From the sequence record OR424388.1: a DNA stretch of 64,000 bases; one strand, 5' to 3'. This DNA comes from Escherichia phage HEMP5. The notes beneath the pieces are model-generated. The model searched no databases and was not told the origin of the DNA. It saw only the letters and a list, made by a program, of their open reading frames with translations. The position numbers were made by a program, and so were the translations under genes. How positions within the stretch are numbered: position 1 is the first letter of the stretch; each line of letters opens with the position of its first letter. Positions 36,450 to 44,943 of the stretch are shown piece by piece.

Positions 36450-37463
36450 TCATTTATAATAACTTCGGTGGTTTTCAAGATAAACCTGTTCGAGGAAATT
36501 ATTCCAAAAGCTCATATCTACTGTTTTAGGCATACCATTCTTAGAAGCTTCAGTAGATGCTGCTTCTACTTGATCGACCACATCTTCCAAAAACTCTTGA
36601 ACTGTTTTAAATGGATGTTTACCCAACTTCACGTCGAGAATAAATGGAGCATCTTGGAGTGGATAAACCAAGTCACCAGTTTTGTAAATTTCCAATAGTT
36701 GAAGTCCACCACGACAAGCATGACTCAGAGCTTTCCAGTCAATACCTTCATTGGCTTCGGCCTTACGAGCACGTTCACCATATTCAGCATCTAATTTGTT
36801 CAGTGACTGCTTAAGCTCAATAAGAGAAAGCGTTGTCTGATATTTACGACCCAACACTGTGTAGAACGTTTGTGGACCTGTTTTCTCATGATTATGGAAC
36901 ACCCATTCACAGAATTCGTTTTCTGGAAGACGATGCTTAATATCTTCAACTTTAGTGCGACGCTGCTTAATAGAACCATCTTCTTGGTAATCAACCCATT
37001 GCTCAGGGATTTGATTAACTACTTTCAATACATCACGTAATGCAGCCAAACGAGAACCCTTGACACCGTATTTAGAAGCTTGCTTGCGGACATATCCTAA
37101 ATATGATTTCATGTTAGTCGTATAAAAACGAGAACGGTTGTCTTGAATAAACTTCCACACATCAGGCAAATCAGATTTAACCACTAGTTCAGGTGGAGTG
37201 TGAAGCATATCCAACGCTACAGTTTCACCATCTGCCGCTAATTTAAAGAAATACTTAAGACTGTATAGTTCATGGTCAATATCATCTTTAGTGTTTTTAG
37301 ATGATGTGTTGTTAGTGTTTTTACTCATGTGCTCTTTGACATTTCCGATAAGAATATCGCGAGCAGGAGGAACAAAGATTTCTTTAAAATCTACATCAGA
37401 TTCTGGGGTAGAAGTTCCATAAAGATGACTACCAAAATAGCTTTTCATTACTGTTTTCATCAT
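36450..37463 (-). CDS. nrdC.11: Pol-beta-superfamily nucleotidyltransferase-fold protein (337 aa)
   Basis: ORF track. N-terminal motif GSHLYGTSTPESDVDFKEIFV (G-S...D-x-D minimal NTase signature). Confidence 0.8.
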   Translation of the reverse strand: MMKTVMKSYFGSHLYGTSTPESDVDFKEIFVPPARDILIGNVKEHMSKNTNNTSSKNTKDDIDHELYSLKYFFKLAADGETVALDMLHTPPELVVKSDLPDVWKFIQDNRSRFYTTNMKSYLGYVRKQASKYGVKGSRLAALRDVLKVVNQIPEQWVDYQEDGSIKQRRTKVEDIKHRLPENEFCEWVFHNHEKTGPQTFYTVLGRKYQTTLSLIELKQSLNKLDAEYGERARKAEANEGIDWKALSHACRGGLQLLEIYKTGDLVYPLQDAPFILDVKLGKHPFKTVQEFLEDVVDQVEAASTEASKNGMPKTVDMSFWNNFLEQVYLENHRSYYK

Positions 37464-37921
37464 TCAGCCTTATATTCAATAACAGGACATACTTTAGCTT
37501 TACGCGCTTTTAAAAATTCGACGATAATAGATTTCTTGGGTTGAATAGGAGGTAAACCTTTATACGCCCTATCAATATTTTCTACATGTAAAGCATAATC
37601 CTTTTTCCATTTATAATCTTTATATTTTTCATGCAGTTGTGCAGGAATAACAAATGAACCAATAATAAGTAAAATAAGCAAAATGGCAAGTATAAATGCT
37701 GATGGAATAAGAGTCCATAAACTACCAAAAATAAGCCATTTCTGTATGATTTCTGCACAGATAATAGTTAGACCTGCGAGTATAGTACATCCGAAAAAAG
37801 AAACGAAAAATGTAGGGATAACAATAGACCAAAAGTATGCACACAGTGTCTTAGGTCGTTTCCATTCGTCGTTAAACAGTTTGAATAATTTATAGTGCCA
37901 AGAGTTTTCATTAATAATCAT
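37460..37921 (-). CDS. Multi-pass membrane protein (153 aa)
   Basis: ORF track. Three hydrophobic segments. Stop overlaps the nrdC.11 ATG (ATGA). Confidence 0.78.
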   Translation of the reverse strand: MIINENSWHYKLFKLFNDEWKRPKTLCAYFWSIVIPTFFVSFFGCTILAGLTIICAEIIQKWLIFGSLWTLIPSAFILAILLILLIIGSFVIPAQLHEKYKDYKWKKDYALHVENIDRAYKGLPPIQPKKSIIVEFLKARKAKVCPVIEYKAE

Positions 37922-37923
37922 AA

Positions 37924-38445
37924 TTATCCTTTCATTGAAGGTGTAACAGTTGTTAAATACTTAATCATAGCTTCAGCTTCTGATTTTGATAATGAAATTT
38001 CTCCATTGTTTTGACGAATAGAAATAAAATCCGGATGACGGTCACCACCAGCTTTTAAAACACACATATAAGTATCAGTTTCATCTTCAATATCTGAAAT
38101 GATTGAAGCAGTTCCACATGAATGTGGTTTTTGATAAATCAATACAGCTTTTCTTCCACCGTTTGACTGTTCATAAACTTTTAACACATCAAACAAATCG
38201 CTTCTTTTATCAATAGCTAAGATGTTGTTTTCATCTTCAATATTAAATCCTTCGGATACTTCATAAAGTGTCACCCATAAATCACCAATATCAATAACAG
38301 CGTTCACTTTTCCATGACTTTCAAGAGCATTACAAATTTTCTTAATTTCATCATAACTCATTTTAATAATATCATCTCCTTGAATAAGGAAGATGTCATT
38401 TTTAAATTCAACGCGAATTAAACCACTTCCACTTGAAATAAACAT
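37924..38445 (-). CDS. Hypothetical protein, tandem paralog A (173 aa)
   Basis: ORF track. Shares GFNIEDE and SKSEAEAMIKYLTTVTPSM with the next gene. Confidence 0.78.
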   Translation of the reverse strand: MFISSGSGLIRVEFKNDIFLIQGDDIIKMSYDEIKKICNALESHGKVNAVIDIGDLWVTLYEVSEGFNIEDENNILAIDKRSDLFDVLKVYEQSNGGRKAVLIYQKPHSCGTASIISDIEDETDTYMCVLKAGGDRHPDFISIRQNNGEISLSKSEAEAMIKYLTTVTPSMKG

Positions 38446-38451
38446 ATTTCC

Positions 38452-39009
38452 TCACTTTGAAATCATAGTTGGAATGACAGAATCAAGATAAGTCTTTAGC
38501 GCAATAGCTTCGTCTTTGGTAAATGTGACAATATGCGATCGAAAATCATCAATTTGACGAATAGTTAAGACATCTCCATCTTCATAACATTTTGATACGT
38601 TTAAAACAGTTTCATCATTATGATTGCAAGCGTTAGTAATAATAGCATTGCAATTTTTAAACCATTTTAAACTATGTTTTCTTTCATTAGAATAATAAAA
38701 ATATTTAATCTTATCTATAAAACTGTCCCAATGAATAACTGATAGGCATATTGACTCGCTTTCAATATTAAATCCTGGGCATGAAGAATAAAAATGAATT
38801 TTGTGCTCATCATTGATGCTTACTATTTTATCAGTATAAGGATATTCAATTTGGGTTAAATGAATGATTTCACTAGGCGTAAAATATAGCATATCGTCTT
38901 CTTGTGTCAAACGATACATATTATTTACTTTTTCTATAGCTAATTCACCAAAAAGCGGACTAACTTCTAATACTAATCGTTTCATATTGATTCTCTTCGA
39001 CTCACCCAC
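38452..39009 (-). CDS. Hypothetical protein, tandem paralog B (185 aa from GTG, or 177 aa from ATG at 38985)
   Basis: ORF track. The GTG at 39009 lies 9 nt after AAGGAG. Shares GFNIESE and TKDEAIALKTYLDSVIPTM with paralog A. Confidence 0.78.
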   Translation of the reverse strand: MGESKRINMKRLVLEVSPLFGELAIEKVNNMYRLTQEDDMLYFTPSEIIHLTQIEYPYTDKIVSINDEHKIHFYSSCPGFNIESESICLSVIHWDSFIDKIKYFYYSNERKHSLKWFKNCNAIITNACNHNDETVLNVSKCYEDGDVLTIRQIDDFRSHIVTFTKDEAIALKTYLDSVIPTMISK

Positions 39010-39011
39010 AA

Positions 39012-39116
39012 TTACATACTCCTTTGAATAATATCAATAATGTTGTTCACCAGATTATAAGTAAACATTGGATAATTATATTGAATCATCACATACACAA
39101 CAAACAAAACTTTCAT
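39012..39116 (-). CDS. Possible 34-aa leader peptide/ORF
   Basis: First ATG after the early promoter at 39145-39174. MKVLFVVYVMIQYNYPMFTYNLVNNIIDIIQRSM. Confidence 0.3.
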   Translation of the reverse strand: MKVLFVVYVMIQYNYPMFTYNLVNNIIDIIQRSM

Positions 39117-39144
39117 TCTCTTCTCCTTGGCAGTTGACAAGATT

Positions 39145-39174
39145 ACTATATCATAACCTTGCCAACTTGTAAAC
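39145..39174 (-). promoter_or_regulatory. T4-type early promoter
   Basis: Minus strand GGTTTACA-N17-(A)TATAGT. Confidence 0.7.
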
Positions 39175-39176
39175 CA

Positions 39177-39332
39177 TTAAATGACGTTTTCAATAAAATT
39201 CTGAAGCTTTGTGTGAGCATCAACCATGATTTTCATTTCTTCCTTTGCGAAAGCTGTACCTCTTTCCCTAGCAGAATACTCATAGTCAGAAACTGCATTA
39301 GCATATTCTTCAATTAGCTTCATTAAAAACAT
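39177..39332 (-). CDS. Small helical protein (51 aa)
   Basis: Hand translation MFLMKLIEEYANAVSDYEYSARERGTAFAKEEMKIMVDAHTKLQNFIENVI. Fills the gap between 39340 and the promoter. Confidence 0.5.
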   Translation of the reverse strand: MFLMKLIEEYANAVSDYEYSARERGTAFAKEEMKIMVDAHTKLQNFIENVI

Positions 39333-39339
39333 CTGCTTT

Positions 39340-39534
39340 TCAGTTTTCATTATTCCACCTAATCATTTCAAGATATTGAACTAACTTAGCTTTGGATTTA
39401 TCCAAATCCTTTTTAGCTGCTTCTATACCATCGTATGAGTATCCTTCACAATGCTCAACTGCTAATTGATATGAATCTATTTCAACATCACGTGCTAATT
39501 TAATAATTTTTTCAAACTGTTCACGTGTTAGCAT
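39340..39534 (-). CDS. Small helical protein (64 aa)
   Basis: ORF track. Confidence 0.7.
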   Translation of the reverse strand: MLTREQFEKIIKLARDVEIDSYQLAVEHCEGYSYDGIEAAKKDLDKSKAKLVQYLEMIRWNNEN

Positions 39535-39536
39535 AC

Positions 39537-39740
39537 TTAAACTCTCGTATTATGATCGATAATTTCATCAAGAAACATATCTAAAGCTTCTACAGCATTA
39601 TCAACTTTAGCTTCAAATTTTTCAATACCTTTATTTGCAATGCCTGCCGAAAACCAAGCAAAGTCACTAAGTTCCTCATCTGCTTTGCGAATTAAAGCTA
39701 CCAATTCTTTAATTTTATCTGCTTGTTCAATTCTAGCCAT
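39537..39740 (-). CDS. Small helical protein (67 aa)
   Basis: ORF track 39537..39776. The ATG at 39740 ([19 protein letters not shown]...) overlaps the upstream stop (TAATG). Confidence 0.65.
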   Translation of the reverse strand: MARIEQADKIKELVALIRKADEELSDFAWFSAGIANKGIEKFEAKVDNAVEALDMFLDEIIDHNTRV

Positions 39741-39928
39741 TATTCCACCACATATGAAAGAGAGAATATTGCACACGCCATATGAGTTGCAGCTTCATCA
39801 CACATATCATAACGTTTCTTAAGAAGTTCTACAAGTTCTTCACTAGTAACTTCATCCATGTCGACGAAAAAATCACCATTAATGATGACGTAGATATTTC
39901 CTTCTTGATTGAGTGCTTCAATTTTCAT
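39740..39928 (-). CDS. Small acidic protein (62 aa)
   Basis: ORF track 39740..39973. The ATG at 39928 follows GAGGAGAACATC and an early promoter ([19 protein letters not shown]...). Confidence 0.65.
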   Translation of the reverse strand: MKIEALNQEGNIYVIINGDFFVDMDEVTSEELVELLKKRYDMCDEAATHMACAIFSLSYVVE

Positions 39929-39956
39929 GATGTTCTCCTCTTTATCCGATGGTTGT

Positions 39957-39986
39957 ATAGTATCACAGCTCAAATTGAAAGTAAAC
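39957..39986 (-). promoter_or_regulatory. T4-type early promoter
   Basis: Minus strand AGTTTAC-N17-(GA)TACTATACAAC. Confidence 0.75.
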
Positions 39987-40002
39987 TGGTAAAATGAAAA
40001 AA

Positions 40003-40018
40003 GTCTCCCGAAGGAGAC
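40003..40018 (-). terminator. C(UUCG)G hairpin after rI.-1
   Basis: Minus RNA GUCUCC-UUCG-GGAGAC followed by a U-rich run. Confidence 0.7.
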
Positions 40019-40023
40019 TAATG

Positions 40024-40410
40024 TTATTCGAGGGAAAGAAGATATTTGCTCTGGTAAAACATCCCAGTAATATCATCTATCGTGCTTTGAATAGCTGGAG
40101 GCATTTCTTTATAAATGCTGTTAGATTGGTCTAGTATGTGATCAATCATTCTAATTGTGTCGGTAGGAAGTTTACTGGCATCTGGAATAGAAGGCGTGTA
40201 TTTTCTACCAGAATACCCCAAATATTGCTCACCAAATTTATCAATCAAATCTGGCAACTCAGAGAAAATAAAATCGTATGCTTTGTGTCTAGCATAACTT
40301 TTAGTTTCAAAATGCGCAGAATGAAAATAAGCTTGTGCAGCCATTAATAAACCTAAGTATTCATCTGCCTTTGAAGGTTTTCCACTTTGTGAAAAGTCGC
40401 TGAATTTCAT
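40024..40410 (-). CDS. rI.-1: Conserved hypothetical protein adjacent to rI (128 aa)
   Basis: ORF track. ATGA overlap with the rI stop. Position as in T4. Confidence 0.8.
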   Translation of the reverse strand: MKFSDFSQSGKPSKADEYLGLLMAAQAYFHSAHFETKSYARHKAYDFIFSELPDLIDKFGEQYLGYSGRKYTPSIPDASKLPTDTIRMIDHILDQSNSIYKEMPPAIQSTIDDITGMFYQSKYLLSLE

Positions 40411-40700
40411 TCAGTCTCCAATTTAATGTTCATAATTCTAGCGTATGATTGTGCCATCTCCGCGCCTCGTTCTATACATTCAAAATCGGAAGAGCACGGG
40501 TCATTTTTATAAGTCGTTCGCATAAAACTATAGAACTGTTCAGATGATTCTACGCTTTTATTTTCAAAAAGCATATAAACGTGTCTAATACCAGATTCCA
40601 TAAATTTATCAAAATGAGGATCGACATTCGCTTCAATTGGTGGAGATAAAGCAAACGCTAATCCTAGCATGGCAAATAGTGCCGTTGCTTTTAAGGCCAT
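40407..40700 (-). CDS. rI: Lysis-inhibition regulator RI (antiholin)
   Basis: 97 aa, MALKATALFAMLGLAFALSPPIEANVDPHFDKFMESGIRHVYMLFENKS... Matches T4 RI. Confidence 0.95.
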   Translation of the reverse strand: MALKATALFAMLGLAFALSPPIEANVDPHFDKFMESGIRHVYMLFENKSVESSEQFYSFMRTTYKNDPCSSDFECIERGAEMAQSYARIMNIKLETE

Positions 40701-40712
40701 AAAGGCCTCCTA

Positions 40713-40925
40713 TCATTTTTGTCCTGTATTTACTTTATGCCGATGCACGGCCTTAACTTTATCAAGGTATTTTTCAAAATTTCGCAATCTAGTATAGTCT
40801 GCCGGAGATTGGTTGAGTGATACTTCTCGACGCAAAGCTGAAATGATATTTCCAACTTCCCTACGAATTTCATCTAATTGAAGAACAGTAAGATTGCGAA
40901 GTTGCTTTTCAGTTAATTGTAGCAT
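40713..40925 (-). CDS. rI.1: Conserved hypothetical protein (70 aa)
   Basis: ORF track. Synteny between rI and tk. Confidence 0.78.
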
Positions 40926-40967
40926 ATATACCCCTTTAGTTAGATAAACCTATTTATAACTTTTGCA

Positions 40968-41549
40968 CTAACCGAGCTTTTTAGTTAATTCATTCCAATG
41001 TTTTCTACACAAAGAAACATAAATTTCATCACCAATACAGATTTGATTACCTTCTTTAACTGGTGTTCCATCTTCCATTAATCGAGCTGTCATAATAGCT
41101 TTTTTACCACAATGACAAACTGCCTTTAGTTCAATAAGTTTATCTGCAATCGCCAAAAGTTCTTTAGAACCTTCAAATAATTTTCCAGCGAAATCAGTCC
41201 TTAGCCCATAAGCCATAACAGGAACATTATATGTATCAACAATTCGACTTAATTGATGCACCTGTTCAGTTTTTAAAAACTGAGCTTCATCTACAAATAC
41301 ACAATGAATATCTTTTTGTGCTTCAGCCCATTTATAGAACTCAAAAATATCCATATCATCCGTAATAATATTCGCTTCCTGCTTAATTCCAATGCGAGAA
41401 ACGACTTCACAGACAGAATCGCGAGTATCAATAGCAGGCTTAAGAACTAATACACCCATTCCGCGTTCTTTATAATTATGTGCAGCAGTCAAAAGAGAAG
41501 CAGATTTTCCAGCATTCATTGCTGCGTAAGTAAAAATTAAACTCGCCAT
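40968..41549 (-). CDS. tk: Thymidine kinase
   Basis: 193 aa. P-loop MNAGKS and C-terminal zinc-binding cysteines CHCGKK...C..C. Confidence 0.96.
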   Translation of the reverse strand: MASLIFTYAAMNAGKSASLLTAAHNYKERGMGVLVLKPAIDTRDSVCEVVSRIGIKQEANIITDDMDIFEFYKWAEAQKDIHCVFVDEAQFLKTEQVHQLSRIVDTYNVPVMAYGLRTDFAGKLFEGSKELLAIADKLIELKAVCHCGKKAIMTARLMEDGTPVKEGNQICIGDEIYVSLCRKHWNELTKKLG

Positions 41550-41558
41550 ATCACCTTC

Positions 41559-41744
41559 TTAAAGCATATTCACATAAGCTATTAATTCGTTTTCTTTCTT
41601 ATCAAACCGATCAGCAAATTCTTCCTGGTGTTCGGGAGATAGCGGGCCGTATTCATCATAAAAGGTGTTTGCTTCTGTATGCTCATCTAGAAGTTCATGG
41701 ATAAGCTCAAACAATTTATCTTTTTGTTCTTTACTCAGACTCAT
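41559..41744 (-). CDS. tk.1: Small acidic protein (61 aa)
   Basis: ORF track. Confidence 0.75.
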   Translation of the reverse strand: MSLSKEQKDKLFELIHELLDEHTEANTFYDEYGPLSPEHQEEFADRFDKKENELIAYVNML

Positions 41745-41914
41745 ATATTAATTTCCAGAAGTTTTAAAATAATTCGCTTTTGCTTAAATATTTCCATAGT
41801 TAAATGATCAGTATCTTTTTGACCAATTCCGATGGCAAAACCTTTATTAACAGCGAGTTCAATTAAATTATCAAGCTCACGTAACACTTCATATTGTAAC
41901 TCAGAACTATTCAT
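41741..41914 (-). CDS. Small protein (57 aa)
   Basis: Hand translation MNSSELQYEVLRELDNLIELAVNKGFAIGIGQKDTDHLTMEIFKQKRIILKLLEINI. ATGA overlaps at both ends. Confidence 0.6.
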   Translation of the reverse strand: MNSSELQYEVLRELDNLIELAVNKGFAIGIGQKDTDHLTMEIFKQKRIILKLLEINI

Positions 41915-42117
41915 TTTGGTTTACCTTCTTTAACAAAATCGGGATAAGGATAAAATCCTGAATAAAATCCTTCACCTTTATGATTAATGCATCCTTTATT
42001 AGAGCAATAGCACCAATAATCGAAATCACAAGCCATTTCATCATTGCATAAAGCAAAAACAACTGGCCATTTACACTTTTCACAATGTGCATTTTTAAGA
42101 ATGCTAATTTGGCTCAT
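41911..42117 (-). CDS. Cysteine-rich small protein (68 aa), probable zinc binder
   Basis: ORF track 41911..42138. The ATG at 42117 forms an ATGA overlap with the upstream stop. Eight Cys (CEKC...CND..C...CYC...C). Confidence 0.68.
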   Translation of the reverse strand: MSQISILKNAHCEKCKWPVVFALCNDEMACDFDYWCYCSNKGCINHKGEGFYSGFYPYPDFVKEGKPK

Positions 42118-42326
42118 AACCATGTAACCTTTAAGCAATATTCTTCTACATGCTGTTTACGACCTTTCTTATCAATAAAGGTATATTCAACGAATGTTCC
42201 AATATAGTCTTTATCTACATCATGTGGACTATTAATTGGGCATTTAGTACGGCAAATGCGTTCCCATTGACGAATAATTTCCACTTTGTTTTTAGGATCA
42301 AACGGATGCGGGTAATGTGCTTTCAT
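42114..42326 (-). CDS. Hypothetical protein (70 aa)
   Basis: ORF track. Confidence 0.68.
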   Translation of the reverse strand: MKAHYPHPFDPKNKVEIIRQWERICRTKCPINSPHDVDKDYIGTFVEYTFIDKKGRKQHVEEYCLKVTWL

Positions 42327-42777
42327 AATCCACCACTATTAAATCAATATCAGGAGTAAACATGTCGATTAATTTAGAAACCTTATCCCAATCACCGCCA
42401 GCAATACCACAACCTATGCGTGGAATGTAAATTACTGGTTTAAACAAAAGGGTTTCTGCCTGTAGATTTAATTCTATCATGCAGTTTACTAAAGCACCAT
42501 AATCAAGATTAGGACCTGGTTCGTATTGTGTATACAGGTTATAGCATATACCAAATCCTGTAGGATTATGTTTAAAAACAATAGACATATCACCTAATTT
42601 ATCACGAGAACCGTACTCAGTAGTGGTTTTATCTATTTCTAAAATTTTAGGATAGGCCCTTGCTAATTGACCTGCTACACCTGAACCCATAGTATGAAAG
42701 CAGTTGCACCCATGCGCAATAATATTACCTTGAAGAAATAGGGCGACAATATCGCCCTTGATATATTTTACAATCAT
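42298..42777 (-). CDS. Macro-domain protein (ADP-ribose binding/hydrolase fold), 159 aa
   Basis: ORF track. Motifs AHGCNCFHTMGSGVAGQL and IPRIGCGIAGGDW are typical of macro domains. Confidence 0.75.
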   Translation of the reverse strand: MIVKYIKGDIVALFLQGNIIAHGCNCFHTMGSGVAGQLARAYPKILEIDKTTTEYGSRDKLGDMSIVFKHNPTGFGICYNLYTQYEPGPNLDYGALVNCMIELNLQAETLLFKPVIYIPRIGCGIAGGDWDKVSKLIDMFTPDIDLIVVDYESTLPASV

Positions 42778-43115
42778 CTAGTACTCAATCCTCGATTATA
42801 AGAATCTACCAAACGGTCAACCATTGAATGACAAGCGGCTTTATCTTTCTCCTCCGCAACTGAACATTCTAAGGTATTCCACTTTTTAGCATATCGTTTT
42901 AATAAAGTATCATTTTTGTATCTGCTTGATTTATCTCTTTCTCCGTCTTTATATGCATATATTAATTTCTGCGCAAATTCAGCTTGGCATGCTTTATTTT
43001 TCCCGCAATAATCCGCGGCAGTACGGTTTACATACTCTCTAATTTCAGTATATGATGTATTTGCTAACGCAGAAAATGAAATTAATCCTATACATAAAAC
43101 CAAAATTTTAGTCAT
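42774..43115 (-). CDS. vs: Vs, modifier of host valyl-tRNA synthetase (assignment by position)
   Basis: 113 aa with an N-terminal hydrophobic signal-like segment. Located between the tk.x genes and vs.1/regB as in T4. Confidence 0.7.
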   Translation of the reverse strand: MTKILVLCIGLISFSALANTSYTEIREYVNRTAADYCGKNKACQAEFAQKLIYAYKDGERDKSSRYKNDTLLKRYAKKWNTLECSVAEEKDKAACHSMVDRLVDSYNRGLSTR

Positions 43116-43653
43116 TTACTATTTCCAGTAGTTTATTATTTTTAAGGTAGTTAGCCTTTTCTAGGACTTCAGAAGCATATTTAGAACCTGCTTTAACATT
43201 CCATCCCGAATTATAAGAGGATATTGCCTTTCTTATATCACCCTTATGTATATTTAACCAATAAGAAAGTTCAATGTACGCCCAGGAAGCTGAATTGGAC
43301 CGTTTATTCAACATTCTTTTTATTTCAGCATCGGTCATATTATAACCAAGTTCCTTAACTCTTGCTCGCATTGTCGGCAAATAATTTTGGAACATTCCGT
43401 AGGCATGATGCTTTGGTTTAGATTTTAAATTAACTCCGGCAGAGCTTTCTTGCCATAAAATAGCAGCCATTATATGACCTAATCCGCTCTTGTGGATATT
43501 TTTGTGTGTTTTATATTTTCCATCCTTAGAAAATTGTTCCCCGAATTGATACGCGTAACGCATGTTATCGAGTTGGACATTACTGAAAGTATGCTCGGAG
43601 CTATGCGCCATCATTGAAATGGCCAATAGACCAGCGAGTAGTGCTTTTCTCAT
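43108..43653 (-). CDS. vs.1: Secreted lytic transglycosylase-like protein (SLT fold)
   Basis: 181 aa. Signal peptide MRKALLAGLLAISMMAHS. Motifs WQESSAG, YGMFQ and YNSG. Confidence 0.8.
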   Translation of the reverse strand: MRKALLAGLLAISMMAHSSEHTFSNVQLDNMRYAYQFGEQFSKDGKYKTHKNIHKSGLGHIMAAILWQESSAGVNLKSKPKHHAYGMFQNYLPTMRARVKELGYNMTDAEIKRMLNKRSNSASWAYIELSYWLNIHKGDIRKAISSYNSGWNVKAGSKYASEVLEKANYLKNNKLLEIVND

Positions 43654-43660
43654 GCTTACC

Positions 43661-44122
43661 TCATTGAGTTTTAATTACTGCTTTAGAAGCCTTTCCTGGT
43701 AAACGACGACTGTTAATAATTGCCATCCTGCACTGAAGTGACGGGTCTTTGAACTTCGCATTAGGTTTACAAACTGTAAATCCAAGCCAAAGATTTCCAT
43801 CTGTGATTTCTAAACGTCCAGGACGATATTCAACCCCATCAATAAAATCCTCATTAATGTCAGGACGCGGAGGCATACTTAGGAATTCATTAACTTCTAA
43901 AACATGGTCTTTTATTTTATGGAATAATTCAAAAACATATGTCTCATCAATCTCCCGTTGAATTGCACGATCAAGAAGATGTTGAGAATATTTTAGATGA
44001 AACGATGAGACCCCTGCTGCTTTTGATGCCTCACGAATCTCATTGTTAATTTGACGAAACTCCGACTCAAAGTGACGACGGAGCTTATTTCGACGGATAA
44101 AAACTTCTGTGTTGATAGTCAT
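43661..44122 (-). CDS. regB: RegB endoribonuclease (GGAG-specific)
   Basis: 153 aa, MTINTEVFIRRNKLRRHFESEFRQINNEIREASKAAGVSSFHLKYSQHLLDRAIQ... Matches T4 RegB. Confidence 0.95.
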   Translation of the reverse strand: MTINTEVFIRRNKLRRHFESEFRQINNEIREASKAAGVSSFHLKYSQHLLDRAIQREIDETYVFELFHKIKDHVLEVNEFLSMPPRPDINEDFIDGVEYRPGRLEITDGNLWLGFTVCKPNAKFKDPSLQCRMAIINSRRLPGKASKAVIKTQ

Positions 44123-44149
44123 GTTATTCTCCTCTTAACTGATAGAAAA

Positions 44150-44179
44150 ATTATACCACAGTCAAGAGGAAAAGTAAAC
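44150..44179 (-). promoter_or_regulatory. T4-type early promoter for regB
   Basis: Minus strand TGTTTAC-N17-(G)GTATAAT, then a GAGGAG Shine-Dalgarno. Confidence 0.78.
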
Positions 44180-44181
44180 AG

Positions 44182-44463
44182 TTATTCTTTAAATCTAATC
44201 AATTTATTCATAGACTTTGAAACTTCTGCACGAACCTCATGTAGGTTTTTAAGCTGTTCAAGACGCTGCTCATAGTAAGCAATTTCATCTTCTTCGAGAC
44301 AGTCCTGTGAATCTTCTTTAAGATAACTCGCATAATCCTGGAAAGCTTTACGAACTACTTCCTGGAAGTCATCAAGACTTTGAATTTTCTTAGGAGCAAC
44401 AGATACACGACGAGGGGCAGCAGTATAATACTCATAACCAAACCCTGCGCTTAATTGAGCCAT
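44182..44463 (-). CDS. vs.3: Conserved hypothetical protein (93 aa)
   Basis: ORF track 44182..44505. The ATG at 44463 ([13 protein letters not shown]...) overlaps the vs.4 stop (TAATG). Confidence 0.72.
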   Translation of the reverse strand: MAQLSAGFGYEYYTAAPRRVSVAPKKIQSLDDFQEVVRKAFQDYASYLKEDSQDCLEEDEIAYYEQRLEQLKNLHEVRAEVSKSMNKLIRFKE

Positions 44464-44729
44464 TAATATTTTTCCTCTGGTTGGAACACAGCACGACAAG
44501 CCCACATACTGGCTTCTTTGAGTTTCGTTTTAGCAATAGTTAACTGATCGAGGCTTTCAGCATAATTCTTCGCGAATTCACAGTCTTCACAATTATCTAG
44601 TGCTTCCCAGAATTCATCATATAAAGCGTCAAAGATAAATCCTAAACGAACTTCAGCATCTTTGATAGCATTTACTTTACCGATTTTTTCGTCGGTATGT
44701 GGCTTATAACCTTTAACATCTTCAATCAT
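44463..44729 (-). CDS. vs.4: Vs.4 / Acb2-family cyclic-oligonucleotide sponge (anti-CBASS)
   Basis: ORF track 44463..44765 begins at a TTG. The ATG at 44729 gives 88 aa: [44 protein letters not shown]... Position is two genes after regB. Confidence 0.8.
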   Translation of the reverse strand: MIEDVKGYKPHTDEKIGKVNAIKDAEVRLGFIFDALYDEFWEALDNCEDCEFAKNYAESLDQLTIAKTKLKEASMWACRAVFQPEEKY

Positions 44730-44943
44730 ATTTGACTTCCTCACCAGTACATAAATCGTATTCAACTAAACGAATAGGTTCATGAATGCCATATCCCTGA
44801 ACAGAAATTTCTGTCGTAGGATAAATTCCATTAATATCACCCATGTTCCACGCTTCATTAAATTGCTGTTCGCCTGAATTACTAAACCACTCGGCGAAAG
44901 CATTTAGCACATCTTCAGAACCTTCAATAATTATCTTTGCCAT
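44722..44943 (-). CDS. vs.5: Conserved hypothetical protein (73 aa)
   Basis: ORF track. Confidence 0.75.
   Translation of the reverse strand: MAKIIIEGSEDVLNAFAEWFSNSGEQQFNEAWNMGDINGIYPTTEISVQGYGIHEPIRLVEYDLCTGEEVKYD

Noticed and set aside
35366-36478. N-terminal extensions of several track ORFs (here 48 extra codons, ...GTIQLSTDTDLENK...)
   Set aside because: The extension is the translation of the early promoter and leader cassette, and the same peptide appears at 9537-9830. The real ATG follows the GGAGAATAAA RBS. Similar trimming was applied at 54710-55036, 50702-50977, 30929-31981 and 657-1268.
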